Positions 8,556 to 18,000 of a stretch of DNA of 42,341 nt are shown in pieces; position 1 is the first letter of the stretch; each line of letters opens with the position of its first letter. The stretch is from Stellaceae bacterium (GTDB taxonomy: Bacteria > Pseudomonadota > Alphaproteobacteria > ATCC43930 > CGMCC-115725). The position numbers and the translations under genes were made by a program. Under the pieces are notes generated by a model, which had not been told where the DNA came from, did no database searches, and worked only from the letters and a program-made list of their open reading frames with translations. Where the stretch lies: the NCBI GenBank assembly GCA_035606035.1, contig DATNGE010000197.1, positions 1 to 42,341 on the forward strand, in the 5' to 3' direction.

Positions 8556-10298
8556 TCAAACGACGGCGAGCGCGCAGGCGAAGCCGGCGATGCCGAGCAT
8601 CAGCCACACGACGTAGTCGCCGACGAGGCCCGTGTGGAGGCTGCGCACGCCGAAGAAAATCGGCCTCAACAGCGCATCGCGCGCGACCAGCACACGCGTC
8701 GGAAAGCGATCGCGCAAAAGCTCCGATAGGGCGAGCGCAACTACGAGAAAAACCGAGAGCCACGGCAGCCATTCCGCGCCGCTCGCTGCGAGATCGCCGG
8801 GCGCGAGTTTCGGATAGAACCCCACCGCGACGGTCAGGAAGCGCCGGGCGGCCTCGCCCGGAATGAGGGCGAGTGCCAGCAAAAAAACGCAAGGCGCGAG
8901 CATCAGCCAGAGCGGCCGGTCCGCGACCTCGGCCTCTTCCTCGGTCGGCGATTGCTCTTCTTCCGGATTGGCCGTGGGGCCGAGATCGAGAAAAATGCGC
9001 AGCGCTGCGCGCAGCACGGTCGCGCCTGTCACCGCCGTTCCGAACAGCACCGTGCCCTCGATCCAGGCCACGCCGAGCGATGAGGTCGCACCGATCAGCT
9101 GCGTGCCAGCATCGAGAATGCCCCAGGGCAGGCCGCCAAGCAGCAGCGCGCCGACGGCCATCGCGATCCCGGCCGGAAAGATGTCGCGGCCGCGGCCGCG
9201 CAGGGTTATCTCGTCGGCACCCGGTTGGGTTGCGAGCAAAATCCCCGCCAGCATGAAGAGCGCGCCCTTCACGAGGCCATGGCCGACGAGATAGGCGAGC
9301 ATGCCGCCGAACCCCGTCGCCGAGAGCGAGGCAAGGCCGAGCAACATGATGCCGAGATGGCTGATGGTCGAGAAGGCGAGCATGCGCTTCAAGTGGCGCT
9401 GCATCCAGCACATGGTCGCGCCGATGACGGCGGTCAGCCCGCCAAGAGCGGCGAAGCCGCCTTGCGCGAAGGATTGCGGCGCGGTCGCGTTTGGGAACAC
9501 GTCGAGGGTGAGCTTTGCGAGCCCGAAGAGCCCGACCCCGACCATCGCGGCGGAGAAGATGACCGAGACCGGACTGGGCGCGACCGCATGCGCGTCGGAG
9601 AGCCAGAAATGGAAGGGGAAGATCGCGGCTTTGACCATCAGCGCGGCGGCGAGCAGGCAAAACGCGCCGGTCGTCACCGGATCGTCGCCGGCTCTGGCAA
9701 TCGCCTCCCTCAGCGCCTCGAAATCGAGCGTACTGGCGCGCGCATACAGCAGGGCGACGCCGCCGAGCATCATGAAGCTCGCGATGCTGTTGACGACGAC
9801 GAAGTTGAGCGCGCCGGCCAGCGACGGCCGCTCCAGCCGATAGGCGGTCAGGGCATAAGCCGCAACGCTCATCACCTCGAACCAGACGAAGAGGTTGAAG
9901 AGATCGCGCGTCAGGCAGAACCCGACCATCGCCGCCAGGAAGAGCAGCATGATGACGTGGAAATGCGCGTGCACCTCGTCGAAGAAGCCCCAGGCGAAGA
10001 CCGAGGTCGCGGCGATCAACAAGCCGATGAAGGCGGCAAATCCCGCGCTCGCCGGATCGATGCCGAAGCCGATGCCGAGAACCACGCCCGGCCGCGGCAT
10101 CCAGCCGCCGAACCAATAGGTGAGCGCGCCGTGCTGCATCGTATGGATGGCGAGCACGGCGCATATCGCCGCCGAGGCAAGCGCCGCAAGCAAAGCTGCC
10201 GCATCGGCGAGCCTCGGCGGGATGAAGTGTGCGATCGCGATGAGAAGCGCCGCGACAGCGAGCGGCACGGCAATGGTCAGCGGCACCAGCGCCGTCAT
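8556..10298 (-). CDS. mrpD: Mrp/Mnh antiporter subunit D-like proton-conducting membrane protein (NuoN/NuoL family) with a C-terminal extension
   Basis: It is a 580-aa polytopic protein with typical NuoL/M/N-type segments (e.g. WLSDAHAVAPSPVSV). It is the last gene of the operon. ATG at 10298 lies 1 nt after the mrpC stop. Confidence 0.85.
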   Translation of the reverse strand: MTALVPLTIAVPLAVAALLIAIAHFIPPRLADAAALLAALASAAICAVLAIHTMQHGALTYWFGGWMPRPGVVLGIGFGIDPASAGFAAFIGLLIAATSVFAWGFFDEVHAHFHVIMLLFLAAMVGFCLTRDLFNLFVWFEVMSVAAYALTAYRLERPSLAGALNFVVVNSIASFMMLGGVALLYARASTLDFEALREAIARAGDDPVTTGAFCLLAAALMVKAAIFPFHFWLSDAHAVAPSPVSVIFSAAMVGVGLFGLAKLTLDVFPNATAPQSFAQGGFAALGGLTAVIGATMCWMQRHLKRMLAFSTISHLGIMLLGLASLSATGFGGMLAYLVGHGLVKGALFMLAGILLATQPGADEITLRGRGRDIFPAGIAMAVGALLLGGLPWGILDAGTQLIGATSSLGVAWIEGTVLFGTAVTGATVLRAALRIFLDLGPTANPEEEQSPTEEEAEVADRPLWLMLAPCVFLLALALIPGEAARRFLTVAVGFYPKLAPGDLAASGAEWLPWLSVFLVVALALSELLRDRFPTRVLVARDALLRPIFFGVRSLHTGLVGDYVVWLMLGIAGFACALAVV

Positions 10299-10299
10299 G

Positions 10300-10656
10300 T
10301 CATCGTCGCCCTTCGTCGATGAAAGGCCGCAGCTTCTGCGGATCGAGGGTCTCGTGCTTGCGCGAAACCTGCAGCGCCATGGCGAGGAGGAGCGCGGTGA
10401 CGGTGGCGCCGACGACGATATCGGTCAGCACGAGCGCCTGCACCACCGGATCGACGGCTGGCGTGCCGGGCGGATGATCGTAAAAGATCGGCGCCACCGC
10501 GCCCCATTGATAGCCGATGCCGAGCAGCAGGACATAAGTCGACGACTGACAGACCGAGAGACAGCCGATGAGGTGAACGAAATTGCGGCTCGTCACGATG
10601 CCGTAGATGCCAACGCAGAAGAGCCACGCTGCGACGAGCCACGGCAGCACGCTCAC
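10300..10656 (-). CDS. mrpC: Mrp/Mnh antiporter subunit C (NuoK-like)
   Basis: It is 118 aa with three TM segments. The GTG start at 10656 overlaps the upstream stop (GTGA). Confidence 0.8.
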   Translation of the reverse strand: MSVLPWLVAAWLFCVGIYGIVTSRNFVHLIGCLSVCQSSTYVLLLGIGYQWGAVAPIFYDHPPGTPAVDPVVQALVLTDIVVGATVTALLLAMALQVSRKHETLDPQKLRPFIDEGRR

Positions 10657-11417
10657 CGCTCATTCTCCGTTTCGGCAGCGCGCGTCTCCTCCATGAATTC
10701 GAGGAACAGCATCGCGAAGCCGCCGATCACGGCGATCGCGACGCTGGCATTCTCGATCACGATCAGACCGCCGGAAAACACGTCTTTGATGCTGCCGAGC
10801 GGCAGCAGATTTTCCATAAACACGCCGCCTGCCGCCATCGGCCCCAAGCCGCAGAGTAGGAAGAGCAACGAGCCGCCGCCTTCCATCGCGTCGAAAACGC
10901 GCGACGGAGCAAGGCAACGCCACGCGTCGTAACCTTCGCCGAGATAGACCAGCAGCAGACCCGACGCGATGATGACGCCGCCCTGGAAGCCGCCGCCCGG
11001 CGTTACGGTCGCGTGCAGCACCATGTAGAGGCCGAACAGCAGGATCAGCGGCGCGAAGACGCGCGCGACGAGGATCGTCGATTCTGCCCGGTCGAGGAGA
11101 GGGCGTCCCGGCAGCCGTTCCGCTTTGGCGCCGCGGTCCTCGCCGCGAATCCCGCGCAGCAGCGTCACCGCGCCCGTGACGGCGCAGAGCAGCATGAACT
11201 CTTCGCCGACCGTGTCGAGGCCGCGGAAGTCAAAATTCACCGCGCTCACCATGTTCGAAATATGCCGCAGCGGCGGACCGAGCGTATCGATGCTGCGGCC
11301 GTAGATCTCGATCGGATTGCCGAAAGGCGGCAGCGCGCGGGCGATCTTCCAGATCGCGGGCAGCAGGCAGAGCTGCGCCACAGCGAACAGTGCCAAGCGC
11401 AGTCGCGTGCTCATCAC
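10653..11417 (-). CDS. mrpB: MnhB/MrpB domain membrane protein
   Basis: It has the motif PGGGFQGGVIIASGLLLVYL, typical of the MnhB domain. The start (GTG 11417 or ATG 11414) overlaps the upstream stop. Confidence 0.8.
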   Translation of the reverse strand: MMSTRLRLALFAVAQLCLLPAIWKIARALPPFGNPIEIYGRSIDTLGPPLRHISNMVSAVNFDFRGLDTVGEEFMLLCAVTGAVTLLRGIRGEDRGAKAERLPGRPLLDRAESTILVARVFAPLILLFGLYMVLHATVTPGGGFQGGVIIASGLLLVYLGEGYDAWRCLAPSRVFDAMEGGGSLLFLLCGLGPMAAGGVFMENLLPLGSIKDVFSGGLIVIENASVAIAVIGGFAMLFLEFMEETRAAETENER

Positions 11418-11656
11418 CCTTTCCTGTCCATGCGGATCGCCGCCAGGATGACGAGGAACATCAACGGCGTGGCGGCGGTGCCGACGGCGAGCTCGGAGAG
11501 CGCTACGTCCGGCGCCTCGAGCGCGAAGAACAAGGCGGACAGCACCAGCCCGTTTGCCGCGATGGCAAAAATCTGGCGCCGCGGATCGCGGCTAAGCACC
11601 ACGCCGCTCCCCGCGGCTGCCGCGAGGAGCAGCAGGAGCGCGACAAGCCAGGTCAC
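11414..11656 (-). CDS. MbhD/DUF4040-like small membrane subunit
   Basis: It is 80 aa with a LEAPDVALSELAVG motif like the DUF4040/MrpA C-terminal region. The GTG start overlaps the mrpG stop (GTGA). Confidence 0.7.
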   Translation of the reverse strand: MTWLVALLLLLAAAAGSGVVLSRDPRRQIFAIAANGLVLSALFFALEAPDVALSELAVGTAATPLMFLVILAAIRMDRKG

Positions 11657-11937
11657 TTATCCGCCTCCTGGCGCGTCACGAGCGCACGTCCCAAAGCGTG
11701 GCTGGTGGCGGCGCCGATAATGAGCAGCATGAACATGAGACCGAGCGATTTCCACGCGCGCGAAGATGCGCCGTCGCCAACGAAGACGGCCGCCGTCGTG
11801 GCAAGGCCGCCGGCGACGGCGACGAAGGTGGCGCAATGCAAGCGCGCGAGTGCCGTGCGCAAGCGCAGAAGGCCGATCGCGCCGAGCCAAGCCGCCGCGA
11901 CCATCAGCGCGAGCAGGATGCCGAGAGCGATGCTCAC
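11653..11937 (-). CDS. mrpG: Mrp/Mnh antiporter subunit G
   Basis: It is a roughly 94-aa hydrophobic protein. I chose GTG at 11937, which overlaps the mrpF stop (GTGA). ATG at 11904 is an alternative start. Confidence 0.65.
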   Translation of the reverse strand: MSIALGILLALMVAAAWLGAIGLLRLRTALARLHCATFVAVAGGLATTAAVFVGDGASSRAWKSLGLMFMLLIIGAATSHALGRALVTRQEADK

Positions 11938-12197
11938 AGCCAGCGCTCGAGGAAGAGCGCGAAGAGCAGCGTCGCCGGCAAACCGAGGAACGCGCAGGTG
12001 AGGGCGAGATCGATCGACGATGCTTCGTCGAGGACGAAGCTCAAGGCGACGAGAAAAAGCGTGCCGGTGGCGACGATGAATTGCATGGCCGCCAGCCGCA
12101 TCGGCTCGCTCCGCCGGCAGCAAAGCAGCACGCCAACGCCGAGCGGCGGCACGAGGGCGAGCGCGGCGGCCGTCCACAGCGTCGCCTCGGATGTCAT
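11934..12197 (-). CDS. mrpF: Mrp/Mnh antiporter subunit F
   Basis: It is 87 aa with three hydrophobic segments. ATG at 12197 overlaps the mrpE stop (ATGA). Confidence 0.7.
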   Translation of the reverse strand: MTSEATLWTAAALALVPPLGVGVLLCCRRSEPMRLAAMQFIVATGTLFLVALSFVLDEASSIDLALTCAFLGLPATLLFALFLERWL

Positions 12198-12634
12198 GCT
12201 TGCTCGCCCGGCGCCGGCTTTAGCGAGAGACGATGGATTTCGACCGCCTCGCCGCGCTTCGACCAGCGCAGCGCGTAACGATCGGGTGCGAGCGATATCG
12301 CCAGGAGAGCTGCCGCGCGCTGGCCGGCATCGACGCCGCTCTTGCCGCCCCGCGCCAGGGCCTCCTGCGCGACACTGCCGCGCCGACGCCACAACAGCGC
12401 CGGAGCGACCGCGATGATCGCCTGCGGCACATTGCTCGCGGCGCGGCCGACGATTGCGAGCGCGCCGAGCGAAAAGCTGAAGTTGCGTCGCGCGACGCGA
12501 TCGAGCGCCAGCGACCAGCCAAGCACAAGCAACCCGCAGGCGAGCGCGAGGCCGATTTCGTCTCCCGAAAGCTGGCCGACCAGCAGCAGATAGATCGCCG
12601 CCAGGGACAGCCCGCGCAGCACAATAGCGGCCAT
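12194..12634 (-). CDS. mrpE: Mrp/Mnh antiporter subunit E
   Basis: ATG at 12634 follows GGGAG. The protein has two N-terminal TM segments followed by a soluble domain, and it is the first gene of the operon. Confidence 0.7.
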   Translation of the reverse strand: MAAIVLRGLSLAAIYLLLVGQLSGDEIGLALACGLLVLGWSLALDRVARRNFSFSLGALAIVGRAASNVPQAIIAVAPALLWRRRGSVAQEALARGGKSGVDAGQRAAALLAISLAPDRYALRWSKRGEAVEIHRLSLKPAPGEQA

Positions 12635-12773
12635 TCTCGTCTCCCGCGCACTAAACGCTGGCGCGCGGCACCGGTTCAAGTGCGTAGCGGAACCGCGCTT
12701 CGCGCTCCCGGTTGAAGGAAGACATACGTCCTTGTTGCGGAGGCGGAAGGCCAATCCGCGAGGCAATCGCTCG

Positions 12774-13736
12774 ATGGCTGCCGACAGCAAGATCTTGCGC
12801 GAGGCAAAAGTCGCGCTCACGACGCGCCTCATTCCCGAAGCTCGGCGCTGGCACCAGATCGTGCGCCGGGAATGGTGGAGCATTCTCGTCGCGACCGGGG
12901 CGCGCATCGGTCGCGACAATGTCTCGATCCTCGCCGCCGGTGTTGCCTTCTATATCTTCGTTGCTATCCCTTCGATCCTGACCGCGATCGTCTCGATCTA
13001 TGGCCTGATGTTCAATCCGGCCCAGGTCGAGGCCCAAGTCAGCTCTCTGATCGGCCTGCTGCCCGCCGACGTCATCGACATACTGACGGATTTCCTCAAG
13101 CTTCTCGCGACCAAGCCGCAAACGACCCTTGGGCTTCGCCTTATCCTCGGCTTGCTGGTGGCGATCTGGAGCGCGCAATCGGCGGCGTCTTCGATGATCT
13201 CGGCGCTCGACGCCGCTTACGAGCAGCCGGAGACGCGCGGTTATCTGCGGTTCCAGCTCGCAGCGCTGGTGCTTGCACTTTGCTCCATGGTGTTCGCGCT
13301 GCTCTCGCTGATGCTATTTGCTGTGTTGCCGGTGGCGATCAATTGGCTCTTTCCGTTTTCCCACGGTACGCGCCTGGTGTTCGAGCTCATCCGTTGGCCG
13401 GCGCTGACCGTGCTGGTCGCGCTCGCGATCGCCGGGGTCTATCGCTTTGGCCCGGCGCGGGAGGATAGCGACCGGCCATGGGGCGCTTGGGGCGTCATCC
13501 TGACGACGATCGTCTGGATCGGCAGTTCCGCGCTGTTCGCGCTCTATGTTTCGGAGGTCGCGTCCTACGATGCGAGCTACGGCTCGCTTGGCGGCGTCGT
13601 TGTGCTCCTGCTCTGGCTCTACATCGCCGCCTTCGTGGTGCTGCTCGGCGCCGAGCTCAATGCCGAGCTCGAGATCCGCATGGCGGCTGAGCGCGCTCGC
13701 ACCGCCCGGCCGCCGCGCCGGCGCGCGCGCGGGTGA
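12774..13736 (+). CDS. YihY/BrkB-family inner membrane protein
   Basis: The segment NVSILAAGVAFYIFVAIPS and a multi-TM profile with a basic C-terminal tail are typical of the family. ATG at 12774 has GAGG upstream. Confidence 0.85.
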   Translation: MAADSKILREAKVALTTRLIPEARRWHQIVRREWWSILVATGARIGRDNVSILAAGVAFYIFVAIPSILTAIVSIYGLMFNPAQVEAQVSSLIGLLPADVIDILTDFLKLLATKPQTTLGLRLILGLLVAIWSAQSAASSMISALDAAYEQPETRGYLRFQLAALVLALCSMVFALLSLMLFAVLPVAINWLFPFSHGTRLVFELIRWPALTVLVALAIAGVYRFGPAREDSDRPWGAWGVILTTIVWIGSSALFALYVSEVASYDASYGSLGGVVVLLLWLYIAAFVVLLGAELNAELEIRMAAERARTARPPRRRARG

Positions 13737-13747
13737 AAGCGCGCGCC

Positions 13748-13782
13748 AAAAAAGAGCGGGTTCCGGAGACCCGGAACCCGCT
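13748..13782 (-). terminator. intrinsic terminator of the ECF sigma gene (the hairpin is shared with the convergent yihY-like gene)
   Basis: A perfect 12-bp stem agcgggttccgg/ccggaacccgct with loop agac is followed on the minus strand by TTTTTT (13753-13748). Confidence 0.65.
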
Positions 13783-13808
13783 GCTTTGCGGCTTCAATGG
13801 TGGTGCGC

Positions 13809-14354
13809 TCAGGCGGCCTTGTCGAGATGCTCCAGATCGCGGTAATAAAGATCGCGCGCCCATGCCGGGACATCGCCGCGATCGAGCATATTCTGCAGCT
13901 CCGAGCGCGCGCGCGAGACACGGCTCTTCATCGTGCCGACGGCGCAACCCGCGAGCTTCGCCGCGTGGTCGTAGGAATAGCCGTTGGCGCCGACGAGCAT
14001 GAGCGCTTCACGCTGCGCCGCCGGCAAGGTCGCGAAGCGGCAGGTCACGTCGCGCATCCGCAGATGCCATTCCTGCTCGTCGCTGATCGCGGGCGACGGC
14101 ACGCTCGTCGGATCGAGCGGACCGATGCGACGCTGCCGGCGCTTTTCGTTGAAATAGGCGTTCCGGAGAATCGTCGTCAGCCAGGCGAGCAGATTGGTGC
14201 CGGGACGGAATTGATCGGCGTGAACGAGGGCGCGCAAAACCGTTTCTTGCACGAGATCGTCGGCAAAGCTGCGATTACCGGCGAGCCGGCGCGCAAAGCC
14301 CTCGAGGCGGGGAAGGTTCTGGACGACGTCGTCCGCAAATGTTGTAACGGCCAT
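13809..14354 (-). CDS. ECF-subfamily RNA polymerase sigma-70 factor
   Basis: Region 2 reads DDLVQETVLRALVHADQF...LLAWLTTILRNAYFN. Region 4.2 reads SYDHAAKLAGCAVGTMKSRVSRAR. ATG is at 14354. Confidence 0.9.
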   Translation of the reverse strand: MAVTTFADDVVQNLPRLEGFARRLAGNRSFADDLVQETVLRALVHADQFRPGTNLLAWLTTILRNAYFNEKRRQRRIGPLDPTSVPSPAISDEQEWHLRMRDVTCRFATLPAAQREALMLVGANGYSYDHAAKLAGCAVGTMKSRVSRARSELQNMLDRGDVPAWARDLYYRDLEHLDKAA

Positions 14355-14529
14355 TTTCTTCCTCCTGCTAAGACCCACAACAGCAGTGGAAGAAATCTTT
14401 GTCGGTAATCTCGGCTTTTATGCGTCAAACCTGGAGTTTTGTGCGACATTTCCCCGCTTTCACAGGAAAATCCAATATCGGAAAACGGTCGCTTATTTCT
14501 CCACACTGCGACCACAATTCGTTTTCTAC

Positions 14530-14570
14530 TTGAACAATCGGTCAACAGATTTGAACAATCCGTCGACAGA
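14530..14570. promoter_or_regulatory. tandem 20-bp direct repeat with 21-bp period (candidate regulator binding site)
   Basis: ttgaacaatcggtcaacaga (14530-14549) and ttgaacaatccgtcgacaga (14551-14570) are 18/20 identical. They lie in the 243-bp gap between the receiver gene stop and the sigma gene start. Confidence 0.4.
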
Positions 14571-14621
14571 TCGTGGCGATACTATGGCCGTGGTCGCGTG
14601 CGAGCGTGATCTGACGGAATT

Positions 14622-15035
14622 TTAATGCGTGAGATGGGCGCGGCTTGTCACGGGCACGTCGCCGAGGCAGCGCTCGACGAGGAGCAGCAGTTCGATCGGC
14701 TCGAAGGGCTTGCGCAGGATAGCGGTCGCCCCGAGCTCGTGCGCCATGGCGAGGAAATCCGCCGTGCCGGTCAGCGTCCCGCCTGAAATAGCAATGATTG
14801 GAATGTTCGGGCCTTCGCGCAGGATGAGGCGAATGGTCTCGATCCCTTCGCGCTCGGGCATGATGAGATCGGTGATCACGAGCGCCGGCCGCTCGCGGCG
14901 AAAGCAGGCGACGCCCTGGAGCCCGTTCGCGGCGCTGACGGTCCGGTAGCCGGCACGATCGAGGACCCGCGCCGCGAGGTGACGGATCATCGGCTCGTCA
15001 TCGATGATGAGGATCGTATCGTCGCGCACGGCCAT
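14622..15035 (-). CDS. single-domain response regulator (CheY-like receiver, no output domain)
   Basis: The receiver residues IIDDEP, VITDLIMP (phospho-Asp), AISGG and LRKPF are present. ATG at 15035 lies 3 nt after the kinase stop and follows GAGGA. Confidence 0.9.
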   Translation of the reverse strand: MAVRDDTILIIDDEPMIRHLAARVLDRAGYRTVSAANGLQGVACFRRERPALVITDLIMPEREGIETIRLILREGPNIPIIAISGGTLTGTADFLAMAHELGATAILRKPFEPIELLLLVERCLGDVPVTSRAHLTH

Positions 15036-15038
15036 TCC

Positions 15039-18000
15039 TCACGCCGCGCTCTGCACGAGGCAGATGAGCTCGCGCCGCTCGGCCGCCGGGAGGGTGATCG
15101 CGAATTCCGAGCCCTGGCCCGGAGCCGTGCGCAGATCGATCCGCCCGCCATGGCTGGTGACGATGCCGTGCACCACGGAGAGGCCGAGGCCGCTGCCGCG
15201 GTCGGCCTCGCGGGTGGTGAAGAAGGGCTCGAAGATACGCTGCGCCAGCACGGCCTCCATGCCGCAGCCGTCATCAGTGACGGCGAGCCGCACGAGGCGA
15301 ATGTTCTGGTCGGCCGTGTCATCGTTCTGGGTCAGGCTGACGGTGATCTTGCCGAGACGCTCGCCAATCGCCTGCTGCGCATTGGTCACCAGATTGACGA
15401 CCACCTGCTGCAGCTGATCGGGATCGGCGAGGATTGCCGGAACCGCATCGATTTGCTCGACGATCTCGATCGAGGCCGGCACCGTCGCGCGCATCATGCG
15501 CAAGGTCTGGCGTATCGTCGTGGCGGGCTCGATCAGCTTTTTTTCCATTGTCTGCTTGCGGCCGAAAGCCAGAACCTGCCGCACCAGATCGCGCGCGCGC
15601 TGGCTCGCGACGACGACCAGCTCCAGATCCCGCCGGGTCGCGGAATCGGCCGGAAAATCCTCGAGCGCGACCGACGCCAGCGAGAGGACCGGCGCGAGGA
15701 TATTGTTGAGCTCGTGCGCGAGGCCGCCGGCCATCGTGCCGAGCGCTTCGAGCTTCTGCGAATGGATGAGCAGCCGCTCCAGCTCGCGGGAGCGTTGCTC
15801 GGCGGCGCGCTGTGCCGTCACGTCCTGCAGCGTGCTGACGATACGGGCCGCCATGCCGCTTCTGTCGCGAATGATCTCGTGTTCGCCGTGGATCAGGCGC
15901 GCCTGGCCATCGGGGCGGATGATCCAGTACTCGATCGGCGCGGGTTTCACGCCGCGCTCGAGCTCGGCCCAAAGCGCGCCGACGCGCGCGCGGTCGCGCG
16001 GATCGACGAGCGCGAGATAGGCCTCCCCCATCGGCGGAAGCTCGCGCGGATCGAGGCCGAAGATGCGATAGGTCTCGCTCGACCAGGTGAGCTTGTGCGT
16101 GACGATATTGAAGTCGGCGCAGCCGAGCTGCGCGATCTTCTCCGCTTCATCGAGCCGCAAGCGGCTTTCGTTGAGGGCGAATTGCGCGTGTTTGAGCGCC
16201 GTGATGTCGATGCGCAGGCCGGCGATGCCGCCGTCGCTCATGCGGCGCTCGGAAGCCAGCGACCAGCGCTCGCCGCTCAAGCGTTGCTCGACCGCGCCTT
16301 CGGTCTGACGGTGTTGGCGGATGCGTTCGTCAATCCATTCCTCTTCACGGCCTTCGGCATCGGCGAACTGGCCGCGCGCCACGCCGGCGCGAACGATGTC
16401 CTCGAAGCTCGCACCGGGCACCATCAGGTCGGCGATCTCCGGATACATCCGGCGATAGGCCTCGTTGGACATCACCAGCCGATCCTCGGCGTCGAAGATC
16501 ACGAAGCCTTCGGAGATGCTGTCGACGGCGTCGCGCAGCAGACGATCGGCGAGACGCGCGCGCTGACTGGCGACGATCGCCTCGGTTTCGTTGGTGATCG
16601 TCCCGCGGTAGCCTTGGAAACGCCCCTCATCGTCGAAGATCGGCTTGCCGCTGGCGGAGAAATGCTGCGCCGTGCCGCTGCCCGGCCAGGTGATCGAGAA
16701 GCGGAAGCCGCGGAAGGGGCGATGCGCGTCGAGATCGGCCTTGTGGCGCCGCCAATAGGGATCGTTCACCGGATCGCCGCCGGCTACCTCCCAGCGCGTC
16801 TTGCCGAAAACCGCCTGGGCGCCTTCGCCGCTCAAGAAGGTAAAGCGATGATTGAAGTCGGATTCCCAAATCCAATCGGCGCTGAACTCGGCAATATCGC
16901 GGAAGCGTCGTTCACTATGCTGCAACGCTTCCTGGGCGAGGCGGCGCTCGGCGGCGATCGCTTCAGCGCGCTCGACCGCACGCACCAGATCGCGACGCGC
17001 CTCGCTCTCATCGGCAAGCCGCGCGTAGGTCCGGGTCATGATCAATTGCGCGAGGAACTGCCGCCGGAACAGCACGGCGATTGCCGCGATCGCGATGCTG
17101 AGGATGAGGCCGACCGCGGCGACGATCGCTGCCTCGATTTTCCAGGTCGAGAGGATGCCGGCAATCGTCAGCGATGTCGTCGCGATCAGCGGATAGGTGC
17201 CGAGACGCTGGCCGGCGAGAACCACCGGCTCGCCGGTGACCGGATTGCCGATGCGCACCGGGCCGAATTTCTCGCTCGGCCGGCCGTCGCCCAGCAAGGA
17301 CCTGTCGAGCACGGCCTTGGTGTCCATAGGCACGGCGGGATAACGCGCGACCAGCGTGCCATCGGTGCGCCACAAAGCGATCGCGCTGCCGGGTCCAATC
17401 GAGACATCGCGGTAGAAATTCTCGAAGTAATCGAGGCGGATCGCGGCCGAGACGATGCCGAGGAAGCGGCCATCGACGGTGCTCAAGCGGCGAGCGAGAT
17501 AGATCGTCGCGACGCCCTCCGACTGGCTGACAACCGGGGCGCTGATGATGGTGCCGAGATCGGCGTGGTCGCGCAGCAGCGCGAAATCGGCGCGATTGCG
17601 GATGTTGATCTCACGCGCCAGGCGCGCGCCCGAATTGCCGAGCACGGCGCCGGAGGCATCGACCAGAAACAAGGCTGCGATCTGCGGCAAGCCGGAGATC
17701 TTGCGGGCAAGGCCGAGATGCGCGTCGCTGCTGGTGGCGCTGCGCCGGAACTGCACTGCATCGCGGATGCCGGCACTCGCAAATTCCGCGTCGATCGCGG
17801 CGAGGACAAGATCGGCGCCTTGCAGGGTTCGTACCGATTGCTCCTCGAGGACGCGATTGAGCTTGCCGAGACTGTCTTCGGCGTTCTCCATCGCCGTCTG
17901 GCGCAGATGCCAGATCGCAACGCCGTCGGCGCTTGTCAGCGCGATGATCAAGAATGCGGCGCCATAGCCGATGATGCGCGGCGGGCGCGCGTGACGCGCG

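Noticed and set aside
14177-14545. A 122-aa minus-strand ORF upstream of and overlapping the ECF sigma gene, considered as a possible anti-sigma factor
   Set aside because: It overlaps the sigma CDS in another frame, has no SD, no TM or zinc-binding motif, and runs through the low-GC spacer.
14530-14570. The tandem repeats considered as a miniature CRISPR or other array
   Set aside because: There are only two adjacent copies, with no spacers and no cas genes. They fit a protein-binding site better.
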